Shown one piece after another: positions 10,581 through 21,286 of a DNA stretch of 64,000 bases. This stretch comes from Bosea sp. 67-29 (GTDB taxonomy: Bacteria > Pseudomonadota > Alphaproteobacteria > Rhizobiales > Beijerinckiaceae): contig NZ_MKSQ01000015.1 in the NCBI RefSeq assembly GCF_001898115.1, positions 6,274 to 70,273 on the forward strand, read 5' to 3'. How positions within the stretch are numbered: position 1 is the first letter of the stretch; every line of letters starts with the position of its first letter. Below the pieces are notes generated by a model, which was not told where the DNA came from, ran no database searches, and saw only the letters and a program-made list of their open reading frames with translations. Both the position numbers and the translations under genes were made by a program.

Positions 10581-11327
10581 ATGGGTTTCTCGATCCTCAA
10601 GACCCGCATCGCGCAGGAAGGGCTCGGCCGGCTGCTCGCCGGCTATCTGCGCCTGGTGCGGCGGACGAACCGGATCGTGTTCGAGCCCGCCGACATCTAC
10701 GAGCAGGTCCGGCCGGAACTGCCGGTCATCTACGCCATGTGGCACGGCCAGCACATCATGATCCCGTTCGCGCGGCCGGACTGGATGCCGGCCGCCTCGC
10801 TGGTCTCGCGCCATGGCGACGGCGGCTTCAACGCCGTTGCGCTGCGCGAGCTCGGCATCGGCTCGATCCGCGGCTCCGGCGCGCTCGGCAAGAAGATCCG
10901 CGAAAAGGGCGGGGCCAGCGCCTTCCTCGCCATGGTCCGGCGCCTCGCCGCCGGCGATTCCATGGTGCTCACCGCCGATATCCCGAAGCGGGCCCGCATC
11001 GCCGGGCCGGGCATCGTCTCGCTGGCGCGCGCCTCGGGCCGGCCGATCCGCGCGGTTGCCGTGGTGACGAGCCGCCGCATCGATTTCAACAGCTGGGACC
11101 GCGCCTCGATCGGCCTGCCCTTCGGGCGCTGCGCCATCGTGGTCGGCGAGCCGATCACCGTCGCGCGCGACGCCGACGAGGCGACGCAGGAAGCGGCGCG
11201 GCTCGCCGTGCAGACCAGCCTCGATGCCGTCCACGCGCGGGCCTACGAACTCGTCGGCAGCCGCGATCCGGGCGCGGGCCTGCGCGAGCAGCAGGCCGGG
11301 CGGCCCGCCGCAGGGGCGCCGGCATGA
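10581..11327 (+). CDS. Lysophospholipid acyltransferase family (DUF374) protein
   Basis: AMWHGQH, LVSRHGDG, IRGS, TADIP motifs; GGAGG RBS; sits directly before waaA. Confidence 0.85.
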   Translation: MGFSILKTRIAQEGLGRLLAGYLRLVRRTNRIVFEPADIYEQVRPELPVIYAMWHGQHIMIPFARPDWMPAASLVSRHGDGGFNAVALRELGIGSIRGSGALGKKIREKGGASAFLAMVRRLAAGDSMVLTADIPKRARIAGPGIVSLARASGRPIRAVAVVTSRRIDFNSWDRASIGLPFGRCAIVVGEPITVARDADEATQEAARLAVQTSLDAVHARAYELVGSRDPGAGLREQQAGRPAAGAPA

Positions 11328-12628
11328 GCGGCAAGGGCGCCCTCATCAGAGGCTACCGGCTGGGCACCGCCCTGCTGGAGCCGTTTGCGGCCGGGCTGCT
11401 GCAATGGCGCCGCCGCCGCGGCAAGGAAGATGCGGAGCGGCTGGCCGAGCGGCGCGGCTACGCCAGCGTCAAGCGCCCGAACCGCCAGCTCGTCTGGCTG
11501 CACGGCGCCAGCGTGGGCGAGACCGTGACCCTGCTGCCGCTGATCGCCAGGCTGCAGAAGCGGGGGCTCACGGTGCTGGTGACCTCCGGCACGGTCACCT
11601 CGGCACGGCTTCTGGCGGCGCGCCTGCCGGCCGGGGCCATCCATCAGTACCTGCCTCTCGACGTGCCGCGCTACATGCGCCGCTTCCTCGACTACTGGCG
11701 CCCCGAGCTCTGCCTGATCTGCGAATCCGAGATCTGGCCCAACCTGCTGATCGAGGCGCAGCGCCGCAGCGTGCCGGTGGTGATGGTCAACGGCCGGATG
11801 TCGGAGCGCTCCTTCGCGCGCTGGTACAAGCGGCCCCAGGCGGCGCGCTTCCTTCTGTCCTGCTTCGAGGCCTGCCTGGCGCAGTCGCAGGCCGATGCCG
11901 AGCGGCTGGCGCAGCTCGGCGCGCCGCGGGTCAGCGTCGCCGGCAATCTCAAATTCGACGTGCCGGCCCCGCCGGCCGACGCCGACACCCTCGCCATCCT
12001 CGACGGCATGACCACCGGCCGCCCGGTCTGGATCGCGGCCAGCACCCATCCGGGCGAGGACGAGCTCGTCCTTTCCGCCCATCTGGCGCTGAAGCCCTAT
12101 CTGCCGAAGCTGCTCACCATCGTCGCGCCGCGCCATCCGCAACGCGGCGTCGAGATCGAGGCCCTCGGCCGGGCCAACGAGGTCGCCGTCGCGCGCCGCG
12201 CGGCTGGCGAAAGCCCGGAGCGCGATGTCGAATTCTACGTCGCCGACACGCTCAACGAGCTCGGCCTGCTCTACCGGCTGTCGCAGGTGGCCTTCCTCGG
12301 CGGCTCCCTGGTCGAAGGCATCGGCGGGCACAACCCGATCGAGCCGGCCAAGCTCGGCTGCGCCCTGCTGCACGGCCCCCATGTCCACAACAACGCCGAG
12401 ATCTTCGCAGCCTTCGACCGCGACGGCGGCTCGCGCGAGGTGGCGGACGCCCAGGCTCTGGCCGGCGCCGTGCATCGCTGGCTGAGCGACCCGGCCAGCG
12501 CGCGCCAGGCCGCCCGCTCGGCCGGGCACACGGCCAGCGAGCTCGGTGGCGCGATCAACCGGACGCTGCATGCCATCGAGCCGCTGCTGATGCGCGTCGC
12601 GCTGGGCCAGCGCGAAGGCACGCCCTGA
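11324..12628 (+). CDS. waaA: 3-deoxy-D-manno-octulosonic acid transferase
   Basis: VWLHGASVGE, ESEIWPN, GNLKFD, AASTHPGE, PRHPQR, GGHNPIEPA; ATGA overlap with upstream gene. Confidence 0.95.
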   Translation: MSGKGALIRGYRLGTALLEPFAAGLLQWRRRRGKEDAERLAERRGYASVKRPNRQLVWLHGASVGETVTLLPLIARLQKRGLTVLVTSGTVTSARLLAARLPAGAIHQYLPLDVPRYMRRFLDYWRPELCLICESEIWPNLLIEAQRRSVPVVMVNGRMSERSFARWYKRPQAARFLLSCFEACLAQSQADAERLAQLGAPRVSVAGNLKFDVPAPPADADTLAILDGMTTGRPVWIAASTHPGEDELVLSAHLALKPYLPKLLTIVAPRHPQRGVEIEALGRANEVAVARRAAGESPERDVEFYVADTLNELGLLYRLSQVAFLGGSLVEGIGGHNPIEPAKLGCALLHGPHVHNNAEIFAAFDRDGGSREVADAQALAGAVHRWLSDPASARQAARSAGHTASELGGAINRTLHAIEPLLMRVALGQREGTP

Positions 12629-13647
12629 TGTTGAGCGCGCCGCGCTTCTGGTGGCGCGACCGGCCGGGGCTGCTCGCCTGGCTCCTCTTCCCCTTCGGCT
12701 GGATCTATGGCGCCATCACGCTCGGGCGCATGCGCCGGTCGGGGCACGGTGCCGGCGTGCCGGTGATCTGCGTCGGCAATTTCATCGCGGGCGGCGCCGG
12801 AAAGACGCCGACCGCCATCGCGCTCGCCGCGATGCTGCTGGAGCGCGGCGAGACTCCCTTCGTCCTCATGCGCGGCTATGGCGGGCGGTTGCCAGGCCCG
12901 ATCGAGGTCGATCCGTCGCGGCACGGCCCGGCCGATGTCGGCGACGAGGCGATGCTGATGGCCGGCCACGTTCGCACGATCGTCGCGCGCGATCGCATCG
13001 CCGGCGCGGCGCTGGCCCGAGAGCGCGGCGCCAGCGCCGTGGTGATGGATGACGGGCTGCAGAACCCGACGCTCTCCAAGCGATTGCGGCTGGCCGTCGT
13101 CGACGGCGCAAGCGGCGTCGGCAACGGGTTGTGCCTGCCGGCCGGGCCGCTGCGTGCTCCGCTGGCGGGGCAGCTCGACCAGACCGACGCCGTCATCGTG
13201 ATCGGCCCGGGAACTGCCGGAGAGAACGTCGCCAGGCTGGCGCGCGGGCGCGGCAAGGCGGTGCTCGGGGCGCGGCTGGAGCCCACCGCGGAGGCTGCCT
13301 CCGCCCTGCGTGGTCAAACGGTCATCGCCTTGTCCGGCATCGGGCGGCCCGAGAAATTCAGGGCGACGCTCGAAGCCCTCGGCGCCAGCGTCGCGGCCGA
13401 GCGCGCCTTCGGCGATCACCACGTCTATACGGAAGCGGATGTCCGCGACGTCCTCGCGCAAGCCCGGTCGCGCGACCGGCTCGTGGCCACCACCGAGAAG
13501 GACATGACCAAGCTCGTTTCCCTCTGGCCGGCAGCCGACCGAGCCCGGCTCGTCGTCGTGCCGGTCAGGCTGGCTTTCGAGACGCCGGAGCGGATCGGAG
13601 TCCTGCTCGACAGCGCCTCAGGCGCGGCCCGCCCGCCGCAGCCTTAG
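12628..13647 (+). CDS. lpxK: Tetraacyldisaccharide 4'-kinase
   Basis: VGNFIAGGAGKTP, RGYGG, GDEA, MDDGLQN, GNGLCLPAGPLR, TTEKD. Confidence 0.95.
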   Translation: MLSAPRFWWRDRPGLLAWLLFPFGWIYGAITLGRMRRSGHGAGVPVICVGNFIAGGAGKTPTAIALAAMLLERGETPFVLMRGYGGRLPGPIEVDPSRHGPADVGDEAMLMAGHVRTIVARDRIAGAALARERGASAVVMDDGLQNPTLSKRLRLAVVDGASGVGNGLCLPAGPLRAPLAGQLDQTDAVIVIGPGTAGENVARLARGRGKAVLGARLEPTAEAASALRGQTVIALSGIGRPEKFRATLEALGASVAAERAFGDHHVYTEADVRDVLAQARSRDRLVATTEKDMTKLVSLWPAADRARLVVVPVRLAFETPERIGVLLDSASGAARPPQP

Positions 13648-13842
13648 CAGCGCCGCCTCCGGCGAGGCATAGGCCTCCTGCCACTCGACCGACCAATAAC
13701 GCAGATCGTCGAGCCGGATCGGCGCGCCGGTCACGGCGCAGCGCACGAAGCCGCCGGGCTTGATCACGCGGAATTCGCCGTGTCCGTAATCGAGGACCGC
13801 TTCGGGAGCGGGACTGGGAAGACGCTCGGTGATGTTCATCAA
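13618..13842 (-). CDS. DUF2093 domain protein
   Basis: EAVLDYGHGEFRVIKPGGFVRCAVTG..I.LDDLRYWSV..QEAY. Confidence 0.85.
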   Translation of the reverse strand: MMNITERLPSPAPEAVLDYGHGEFRVIKPGGFVRCAVTGAPIRLDDLRYWSVEWQEAYASPEAALLRLRRAGRA

Positions 13843-13915
13843 AACCGCATTAAATCATTGAATGCGAAACGGAAAGCCGGGATACTGCACAAGCGGTGTC
13901 ATTTTCCGGTCGACG

Positions 13916-14761
13916 ATGTTTCGTGTCCAGTGCCTGTTGGCCTGCGTGATGAGCCTTATGCTGTTCACGGCTTCGGCTGCCCATGCCGGCGGCTATGAAC
14001 GCGTTTCGATTCCGATGGATGGCGGCCATCTCGACGGCATCCTCTTCCGCCCTCCCGGCCAGGGGCCGTTTCCCGCGGTCGTCGCTCTGCATGGTTGCGG
14101 CGGCCTGTGGCGCGAGCAAGGCAAGCTCTCGCTGCGCCACGCCGACTGGGGCGAGCGGCTCGCTGCCTCGGGCTTCGCCGTGCTGATGCCCGACAGCTAC
14201 GGCTCGCGTGGCCTCGGCTCGCAATGCGGCGTGAAGGACTTGAGCGTGCGAGCCGGGCGCGAACGCGTCGCCGACGCCGCCGCGGCGCGGATCTGGCTGC
14301 AGCAGCGCAGCGACATCCGGCCCGGCCAGATCGCACTGATCGGCTGGTCCGGCGGCGGCTCGACCGTGCTCACCGCCATCCGCAGCGACCGGCGCCCGGC
14401 CGATGGCCAGCCGGACTTCGCGCGGGCGATCGCCTTCTATCCGAGTTGCCGGGTCCAGTCGGAATCGCCGAGCTTCGCCGCCAGGATGCCGCTGCTGATC
14501 CTGATGGGCGAGGCCGACGACTGGACCCCCGCGGCACCCTGCGGCTACCTGACCAAGGCGGCGCAGGCGCGCGGCGAGAAGGTCGAATTCGTGGTCTATC
14601 CGGGCGCGGTCCATGATTTCGACCACCCGCGGCTGGATGTGAAGGAACGCGACAACATCGCCTATTCGGCGAGCGGGACGGGCAAGGCGACGGTCGGCAC
14701 CAATCCGGCTGCGCGCGCCGATGCGCTGAAGCGCGTCGACGCTTTCCTCAGGGCTCCCTGA
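13916..14761 (+). CDS. Dienelactone hydrolase family protein, probably exported
   Basis: Signal-like N-terminus; VALHGCGG, IGWSGGG nucleophile elbow, GEADDW, YPGAVHDFD. Confidence 0.88.
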   Translation: MFRVQCLLACVMSLMLFTASAAHAGGYERVSIPMDGGHLDGILFRPPGQGPFPAVVALHGCGGLWREQGKLSLRHADWGERLAASGFAVLMPDSYGSRGLGSQCGVKDLSVRAGRERVADAAAARIWLQQRSDIRPGQIALIGWSGGGSTVLTAIRSDRRPADGQPDFARAIAFYPSCRVQSESPSFAARMPLLILMGEADDWTPAAPCGYLTKAAQARGEKVEFVVYPGAVHDFDHPRLDVKERDNIAYSASGTGKATVGTNPAARADALKRVDAFLRAP

Positions 14762-14798
14762 CGCCGCGTCGTCCCGGCGCGCGCCGGCGCGGCGCCGC

Positions 14799-16391
14799 TC
14801 AGAACAGGTCGCCCTGGCCCGACCCCGACGGCTCCTTGCGGACAGCGCGGGGGGCGGGCTTCGGCGCCGTTCCGCCGCCGCCCGAAACCACGGCGCCGAA
14901 GCGCCCATCGCTGAGCTGAACGGTCAGCGCCTGCCCCGGCTGCGCCTGCGCGACGCTGCGCAGGAGCGCGCCGCCTTCGTCGCGGACCAGGGCATAGCCG
15001 CGCCCCAGCACGGCCTCCGGGCCAAGGGACCGGATCAGCGCCCAGAGCGAGCCGAGACGATCGCCGCGGCGATGCACCCCCTGGGCGAAGGCCCGCGTGG
15101 CGCGGTCGCCAAGCTGGATGCCGCGTTCGCGACGCCGCCCGAGGCTCTGGCCGAAGGCATTGCGCGCGCGCATCTCAAGCGTCGCCAGCCGATCCCGGAC
15201 ATGGGCGATGCGAGCGCGCTCGCTGGCGATCGCATTGCCGCGCGCCGCCGCCAGCCCGCGCGCAAAGCCGTTCAGCTTTTCGCGCAATCCTGCCAGGGCG
15301 ACCCGCGGCGAGCGAGCCTCGAGCCGCCTCGACAGGTTCAGCAGCGCCTGCTCATGAGCGCGGGCATTGCGAGCGAGCGCCGGGGCGAGCCGCGTCGCGG
15401 CAAGATCGAGCCGCTGGCGCGGGCCCGACAGCACGGCTTCCGGCCCCGGCAAGGCCCGGGCGAGCGCGCGCAGATCGCTGCGGCGCCGGTCCGAAAGGCG
15501 GCGCATGGCGCCGCCATGGCGGCGGGCGAGATCGGCAACCAACGCCATCAGCTCGGAGCGTACCGGCACGACCTTTTCGGCTGCGCCGGTCGGGGTGGGG
15601 CAGCGCAGATCGGCGGCGAAGTCGATCAGCGTCGTGTCGGTCTCGTGGCCGACGGCCGAGACCAGCGGGATGGCGGAGGCCGCGGCTGCGCGGACGACGA
15701 TCTCCTCGTTGAAGCCCATCAGGTCCTCGAGCGAGCCGCCGCCGCGCGCGACGATGATGACGTCGGGCCGTGGGATACGCCCGCCCGCGGGAAGCGCGTT
15801 GAAGCCGGCGATGGCGTTGGCGACCTCCGCCGCGCTGGTCTCGCCCTGCACGCGCACCGGCCAGACCAGAACATGGCGCGGAAAGCGGTCCTCCAGCCGA
15901 TGCAGGATGTCGCGGATGACCGCGCCGGTCGGCGAGGTGACGACGCCGATCACACGTGGCAGATAGGGGATGAGCTGCTTGCGCTCCTCGGCGAAGAGGC
16001 CTTCGGCGGCGAGCTTCCGGCGGCGCTCCTCCAGCAACGCCATCAGCGCGCCGATGCCGGCCGGCTCCAGCGAGTCGATGACGATCTGGTAGCTCGACTT
16101 GCCGGCGAAGGTGGTGATCTTGCCGGTGGCGATGACCTCCAGCCCCTCCTGGGGCCGCGTCTTCAGCCGGCCGAAGACGCCCTTCCAGATCACCGCGTCG
16201 ATCTTGGCGTTGGTGTCCTTCAGCGAGAAGTAGACGTGGCCCGAGGCGACCGGGCCGCGATAGCCGGAAATCTCGCCGCGCACGCGGACATAGCCGAAGG
16301 CGTCCTCGATGGTGCGCTTCAGCGCGCCGGAAAGATCCGAGACGCTCCATTCGGGCGCATTGCCCGCCGGCAGTGTCGATTCGCTGTTCAT
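14799..16391 (-). CDS. xseA: Exodeoxyribonuclease VII large subunit
   Basis: [55 protein letters not shown]. Confidence 0.95.
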   Translation of the reverse strand: MNSESTLPAGNAPEWSVSDLSGALKRTIEDAFGYVRVRGEISGYRGPVASGHVYFSLKDTNAKIDAVIWKGVFGRLKTRPQEGLEVIATGKITTFAGKSSYQIVIDSLEPAGIGALMALLEERRRKLAAEGLFAEERKQLIPYLPRVIGVVTSPTGAVIRDILHRLEDRFPRHVLVWPVRVQGETSAAEVANAIAGFNALPAGGRIPRPDVIIVARGGGSLEDLMGFNEEIVVRAAAASAIPLVSAVGHETDTTLIDFAADLRCPTPTGAAEKVVPVRSELMALVADLARRHGGAMRRLSDRRRSDLRALARALPGPEAVLSGPRQRLDLAATRLAPALARNARAHEQALLNLSRRLEARSPRVALAGLREKLNGFARGLAAARGNAIASERARIAHVRDRLATLEMRARNAFGQSLGRRRERGIQLGDRATRAFAQGVHRRGDRLGSLWALIRSLGPEAVLGRGYALVRDEGGALLRSVAQAQPGQALTVQLSDGRFGAVVSGGGGTAPKPAPRAVRKEPSGSGQGDLF

Positions 16392-16484
16392 GGCCGGACC
16401 ATAGCGGGACCGCCCCGCCAGCAGAAGCGTTGCCGCCGGGACGCCGGGCAGGTATTGCGCCGGTGACGGAGCAGAGAGGGTGCC

Positions 16485-17762
16485 ATGAAGATTCTTCTGA
16501 TCGGCTCGGGCGGCCGCGAACATGCGCTCGCCTGGGCGATATCGGCCTCCTCGCTCTGCGAGCAGCTCTTCATCGCGCCCGGCAATCCCGGCACGGCGCA
16601 ATGCGGCGAGAATGTCGCCGTCGATATCGCGGACCACGCCGCCGTCGTCGCCTTCTGCCGGCTGCAGGGGATCGGGCTCGTCGTCGTCGGGCCGGAGGGG
16701 CCGCTGGTCGCCGGCATCGCCGACGATCTGCGGGCCGCCGGCATCAAGGTCTTCGGACCGTCGAAGGCCGCCGCCCAGCTCGAGGGCTCGAAGGGCTTCA
16801 CCAAGGAGCTCTGCGCCCAGTTCAACATCCCGACAGCAGCCTTCGGCCGCTTCACCAGCGCCGACACCGCCAAGGCCTATGTCGCGCGGCAGGGGGCGCC
16901 GATCGTGGTCAAGGCCGACGGGCTCGCCGCCGGCAAGGGCGTGGTGATGGCCGAGACGCTCGACCAGGCCAACGAAGCCATCGACATGATGTTTTCGGGC
17001 GGGCTCGGCCAGGCCGGGGCCGAGGTCGTGATCGAGGAATGGATGGTCGGCGAGGAGGCGAGCTTCTTCGCGCTCTGCGACGGCACCAACGCGTTGGCGC
17101 TGGCTTCGGCGCAGGACCACAAGCGCGTCGGCGACGGCGACACCGGCCCCAATACGGGCGGCATGGGCGCCTATTCGCCCGCTCCCGTGATGACGCCGGC
17201 CATGGAACAGCGCGTCATGACCGAAATCATCCACCCGACACTTGCCGGCATGGCCAAGCGCGGCATGCCGTTCCAGGGCGTGCTCTTCGCCGGGCTGATG
17301 ATCACGGCGCAAGGGCCGAAGCTGATCGAATACAATGTCCGCTTCGGCGATCCCGAATGCGAGGTCCTGATGCCGCGGCTGCAGAGCGACATCGTGCCGG
17401 CGCTGCTCGCCGCCTGCGACGGGGTGCTGGGCTCCTTCGATCTGCGCTGGCGCGAGGAGACGGCATTGACCGTGGTGCTCGCGGCGAAGGGCTATCCCGC
17501 CAAGCCGGAGACGGGCAGCGTCATCCGCGGGATCGAGAAGGCCGAAGCGCTCGACGACGTGCTCGTCTTTCATGCCGGCACCAAGCTCAAGGAGGGCGAA
17601 CTCGTCGCCAATGGCGGCCGCGTGCTCAACGTCGTGGGCCTGGGCAAGAACGCGGGCGAAGCGCAGGCCAAGGCCTATCGGGGCGTCGACCTCATCGACT
17701 GGCCGGAAGGCTTCTGCCGCCGCGACATCGGCTGGCAGGCGGTGAAGCGCGAGCAAGGCTGA
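16485..17762 (+). CDS. purD: Phosphoribosylamine--glycine ligase
   Basis: [60 protein letters not shown]. Confidence 0.97.
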   Translation: MKILLIGSGGREHALAWAISASSLCEQLFIAPGNPGTAQCGENVAVDIADHAAVVAFCRLQGIGLVVVGPEGPLVAGIADDLRAAGIKVFGPSKAAAQLEGSKGFTKELCAQFNIPTAAFGRFTSADTAKAYVARQGAPIVVKADGLAAGKGVVMAETLDQANEAIDMMFSGGLGQAGAEVVIEEWMVGEEASFFALCDGTNALALASAQDHKRVGDGDTGPNTGGMGAYSPAPVMTPAMEQRVMTEIIHPTLAGMAKRGMPFQGVLFAGLMITAQGPKLIEYNVRFGDPECEVLMPRLQSDIVPALLAACDGVLGSFDLRWREETALTVVLAAKGYPAKPETGSVIRGIEKAEALDDVLVFHAGTKLKEGELVANGGRVLNVVGLGKNAGEAQAKAYRGVDLIDWPEGFCRRDIGWQAVKREQG

Positions 17763-17794
17763 CACGGTGCCATGACCGGGTCTATGCTCCCGGC

Positions 17795-18709
17795 ATGGCC
17801 AACATCGACAGCCTCTTTCCCGGGTTCAAGGCACACTGGATCGACGGTCCGGTCGGCAAGATCTTCGCGCGCGTCGGCGGCGAAGGCCCGCCGCTCGTGC
17901 TGATCCACGGCTTCCCGCAGACCCATGCCGAATGGCACAGGATCGCGCCCGAGCTGGCGAAGACGCACACCGTGGTCTGCCCCGACCTGCGCGGCTATGG
18001 CTGGTCGGCGGCGCCGCATGGCGACGGTGGCGTGGAAACCTACAGCAAGCGCGGCATGGGCGAGGACATCGTCGCGGCGATGGAGGCGCTCGGCCATATC
18101 CGCTTCGGCGTGATCGGCCATGACCGCGGCGCGCGGGTCGGCTATCGCCTCGCCCTCGACCATCCCGGCCGGGTCGAGCGGCTGGCCCTGCTCGACATCC
18201 TGCCGACCGTCTCGATGTGGGAGGGCATGAACGCAAGCCGCGCCATGCAGGTCTATCACTGGACCTTCCTCGCCCAGCCCGAGCCGATCCCCGAAAACCT
18301 GCTCAAGGCCGACCCCGTCGGCTGGCTCGACCACACCATCGCGAGCTGGAGCCGGGCCAAGAAGCTCGACCTGTTCGATCCGCTGGCGATGCAATCCTAT
18401 GCCGAATCCTTCAGCGATCCCTCGCGCATCCATGCCGCCTGCGAGGATTACCGCGCCGGCGCGACCACCGATGTGACACAGGACAAGGCCGATCTCGCCG
18501 CTCACAAGCGCATCCTCTGCCCGACCCTGATCCTGTGGGGAGAGGCCGGCATCCCGGCCAAGGGCGCGAGCCCGCTCGCCATCTGGCGCGAGAGCTTCGC
18601 GCCGCAGGCCGAGGGCCATGCGATCGAGAGCGGGCATTTCCTGCCCGAGGAGAACCCGCAGGCGACGCTCGCAGCGTTGAAGCCCTTCCTGGCGCAGCCG
18701 CTTGCCTGA
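17795..18709 (+). CDS. Alpha/beta hydrolase, haloacetate (fluoroacetate) dehalogenase-like
   Basis: [31 protein letters not shown]. Confidence 0.85.
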   Translation: MANIDSLFPGFKAHWIDGPVGKIFARVGGEGPPLVLIHGFPQTHAEWHRIAPELAKTHTVVCPDLRGYGWSAAPHGDGGVETYSKRGMGEDIVAAMEALGHIRFGVIGHDRGARVGYRLALDHPGRVERLALLDILPTVSMWEGMNASRAMQVYHWTFLAQPEPIPENLLKADPVGWLDHTIASWSRAKKLDLFDPLAMQSYAESFSDPSRIHAACEDYRAGATTDVTQDKADLAAHKRILCPTLILWGEAGIPAKGASPLAIWRESFAPQAEGHAIESGHFLPEENPQATLAALKPFLAQPLA

Positions 18710-18736
18710 GAAGGTGGCGGGGGCCAGATTCGAACG

Positions 18737-19615
18737 ATGTCGCCACGCCACCCCGCCCCCCTCCGGTCCGCGCCCGAGAAAACCTCCGGCGACGTCGCGC
18801 TGGTGCTCGGTGCCGGCGGCGCGCGGGGCCTGAGCCAGATTCCCGTTCTCGAAGCGCTCGATGAGCTCGGCCTGAAGCCCGCGGTGATTTCAGGATGCTC
18901 CGTCGGCGCGATCATCGGCGCCGCCTACGCCGCCGGGCTTTCCGGCGCCGCCCTGCGCGAGCATGTGCTGGCCAGCTTCCGCGACCCGCCGCGGGTGGTC
19001 GCGAAGCTGCTCGACGCCCGCGTCGGCAAGCTCGCCGATCTGGTGCGCGGCCTCGGCAACCCGGTCTTGATCGACGGCGAGCGCCTGCTCGACCTGTTCT
19101 GGCCGGAGGCGGTACCCGACCGTTTCGACGAGCTCGCGATCCCCTTCAGCGCGACGGCGGCGGACTATCATCGCCATGTCGAGGTGACGTTGTCGGAAGG
19201 CCCTCTGACGCCGGCCGTCGCCGCCTCGCTCGCGATTCCGGGGCTGGTGCGGCCGGTCGCGCTGGCGGGCCATGTGCTGATCGACGGCGGGGCGATCAAC
19301 CCACTGCCCTATGAGCGATTGCTGGCGCCCGGCCGGACCGTGCTGGCGATCGACGTCAGCGCGCCGCCCGTCGCGACGAGCGACGGCCGCGTTCCCGGCG
19401 CGATGGAGGCGATCGTCGGCGCCTCGCAGATCCTGACGCGCACGCTGGTGCAGCGCATGGTCGAGCGGCGGCCGCCCGACATCCTGATCCGCAGCGGGCT
19501 CGACGGCATCGGCGGGCTCGACTTCTTCAAGGCGAAGGCGATCCTCGCCGCGGCCGAGCCGATCAAGGACGAGGTCAAGCGAGCGCTGGAACGGGCTCTC
19601 GCCGCGACGGGCTGA
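18737..19615 (+). CDS. Patatin-like phospholipase
   Basis: LVLGAGGARG, GCSVG (GxSxG), IDGG motifs. Confidence 0.9.
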   Translation: MSPRHPAPLRSAPEKTSGDVALVLGAGGARGLSQIPVLEALDELGLKPAVISGCSVGAIIGAAYAAGLSGAALREHVLASFRDPPRVVAKLLDARVGKLADLVRGLGNPVLIDGERLLDLFWPEAVPDRFDELAIPFSATAADYHRHVEVTLSEGPLTPAVAASLAIPGLVRPVALAGHVLIDGGAINPLPYERLLAPGRTVLAIDVSAPPVATSDGRVPGAMEAIVGASQILTRTLVQRMVERRPPDILIRSGLDGIGGLDFFKAKAILAAAEPIKDEVKRALERALAATG

Positions 19616-20336
19616 CGGCCGGCTCCGGCACATCGCAACGGAAGCCGGGCAAGGCGGCTTCCAGCACCGATCGCCCCTCTCCGGTCAGGGCGACCGCGCG
19701 GCTGTCCTTGCGGCGGCGCGTCCAGCCCATCTCGAAACAGCGGCAGGCGAGCGCGGCGGCGAGGTGGCCGGCGAGATGTGGCCGGCGTTCGCTCCAGTCG
19801 AGGCAGGGTCGCAGGGCCGCGCGACGGCTCCTGCCCGGCTGGTCGGGATCGACGCCGAGAGCGGCAAAGATCGCCTTGCCGGAGGCGGTCAGGGCATAGC
19901 CGCCCTCGCTGGCGACGAGATGGCCACCCGCCATCAGCGCGTCGTGGATGCCGATGCCGAGCTTGCCGGCGAAGTGGTCGTAGCAGGTGCGGGCGAAGCT
20001 CAATTCCGCGCCGACCCGCGACGGCAGGCGGCGCCCGCTGCCTTCCATATTCGCCAGCACCATCAGCCCTTCAAGGGCCTGTGCGACCTCCGGCCCGGCG
20101 AGACGATAATAGCGATGGCGCCCCTGCACGGCGACCGCCAGCAGGCCACCCTGCATCAGCTTGGCGAGATGGCCGCTCGCCGTCTGCGGCGCGACGCCCG
20201 CGATCCAGGCGAGCTCCTTCGCCGTCAGCGCGCGCCCGTCCATCAGCGCGTGCAGCATGTTGGCGCGGGCCGGATCGCCCATCAGATGGGCGATCTCGGC
20301 GAGATAAGGGCCTGAATAGCTGTTCGACGTGCTCAT
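19575..20336 (-). CDS. ArsR family transcriptional regulator with C-terminal extension
   Basis: LMGDPARANML..LMDG..TAKELA..AGVAPQTASGHLAKL, QGRHRYY, RTCYDH, CLDWSERRPHLAG. Confidence 0.88.
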   Translation of the reverse strand: MSTSNSYSGPYLAEIAHLMGDPARANMLHALMDGRALTAKELAWIAGVAPQTASGHLAKLMQGGLLAVAVQGRHRYYRLAGPEVAQALEGLMVLANMEGSGRRLPSRVGAELSFARTCYDHFAGKLGIGIHDALMAGGHLVASEGGYALTASGKAIFAALGVDPDQPGRSRRAALRPCLDWSERRPHLAGHLAAALACRCFEMGWTRRRKDSRAVALTGEGRSVLEAALPGFRCDVPEPAVSPSRREPVPALA

Positions 20337-20441
20337 GGCCGCATGATGCGCTATCGCCGCGCTATCGCAAGCGAGGACGCTACGGTGACGGCCGTAGCAT
20401 CGACCGGCGACAGATGAGCACGACGATGCCAGAAGCGGGGC

Positions 20442-21185
20442 ATGGACAACACGGCTCTCCTCCTCTTCGTCACCGCGACCTTCGTGCTCGCCGGCTTCGT
20501 CAAGGGCGTCATCGGGCTGGGGCTGCCGACCATCGCGGTCGGCATCCTCGGCGTGGTCATGGCCCCGGCGCAGGCGGCCGCCCTGCTGGTCGTACCCAAT
20601 CTCGTCACCAATGGCTGGCAGATCGCGACGGGACCGAAGCTGCCGGCGACCTTGCGGCGGCTCTGGCCGATGCTGCTCGCCATCTGCCTCGGCACCTGGG
20701 CCGGCGCCGGCCTGCTCCAGCAGCAGAAGCATGGCACGGCGACGCTCTGGCTCGGCGGCGCGCTGATCCTCTATGCGCTGGTCGGCCTCAAGGCGGCGAA
20801 GCTGCGCGTGCCCGCCGGCTGGGAGATCTGGCTCGGCCCCGTCATCGGCTTCACGACCGGCATCGTCACCGCCGCGACCGGCGTCTTCGTGCTGCCGGCG
20901 GTGCCCTATCTGCAGGCGCTCGGCTTCGACAAGGACGAGCTCGTGCAGGCGCTCGGCATTTCCTTCATCATCTCGACGCTGGCCCTGTCCTTCGGGCTGA
21001 TCGGCGCGGGCGCGCTCAACGGCGACGTGGCCTGGCAATCGCTGCTGGCCCTGGTGCCGGCGCTCGCGGGGATGGGAGCCGGCCAGTTCATCCGCGGCCG
21101 CATCTCGCCGGCGACCTTCAAGATCTGCTTCTTCGCCGGCCTGCTGGCGCTCGGCAGCTATCTCTGCTGGCGCAGCTTCGCCTGA
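20442..21185 (+). CDS. TauE/SafE family membrane transporter
   Basis: About 8 TM segments; AGFVKGVIGLGLP repeated-unit motif. Confidence 0.88.
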   Translation: MDNTALLLFVTATFVLAGFVKGVIGLGLPTIAVGILGVVMAPAQAAALLVVPNLVTNGWQIATGPKLPATLRRLWPMLLAICLGTWAGAGLLQQQKHGTATLWLGGALILYALVGLKAAKLRVPAGWEIWLGPVIGFTTGIVTAATGVFVLPAVPYLQALGFDKDELVQALGISFIISTLALSFGLIGAGALNGDVAWQSLLALVPALAGMGAGQFIRGRISPATFKICFFAGLLALGSYLCWRSFA

Positions 21186-21228
21186 CGGCCCCTCTCTTGC
21201 TTGACCCTGCTCGTCGCTTCGCCTGCCG

Positions 21229-21247
21229 TTAACCGCTGGCTAACCAT
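21229..21247 (+). promoter_or_regulatory. CtrA-like binding site
   Basis: TTAA-CCGCTGG-CTAACCAT; one mismatch to TTAA-N7-TTAAC, about 40 bp upstream of the 21287 gene. Confidence 0.55.
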
Positions 21248-21286
21248 ACCGGCGCAGCCTCAACCCGGAGCGACAGGAGCAAGCAC

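Noticed and set aside
10499-13647. Apparent long fusions (709 and 807 aa) for waaA and lpxK
   Set aside because: Upstream open frames overlap the preceding genes; real starts are at the ATGA/TGATG overlaps
14799-17765. 988-aa ORF suggesting an extended xseA
   Set aside because: The N-terminal part is antisense to purD; XseA homology begins at MNSESTLP (16391)
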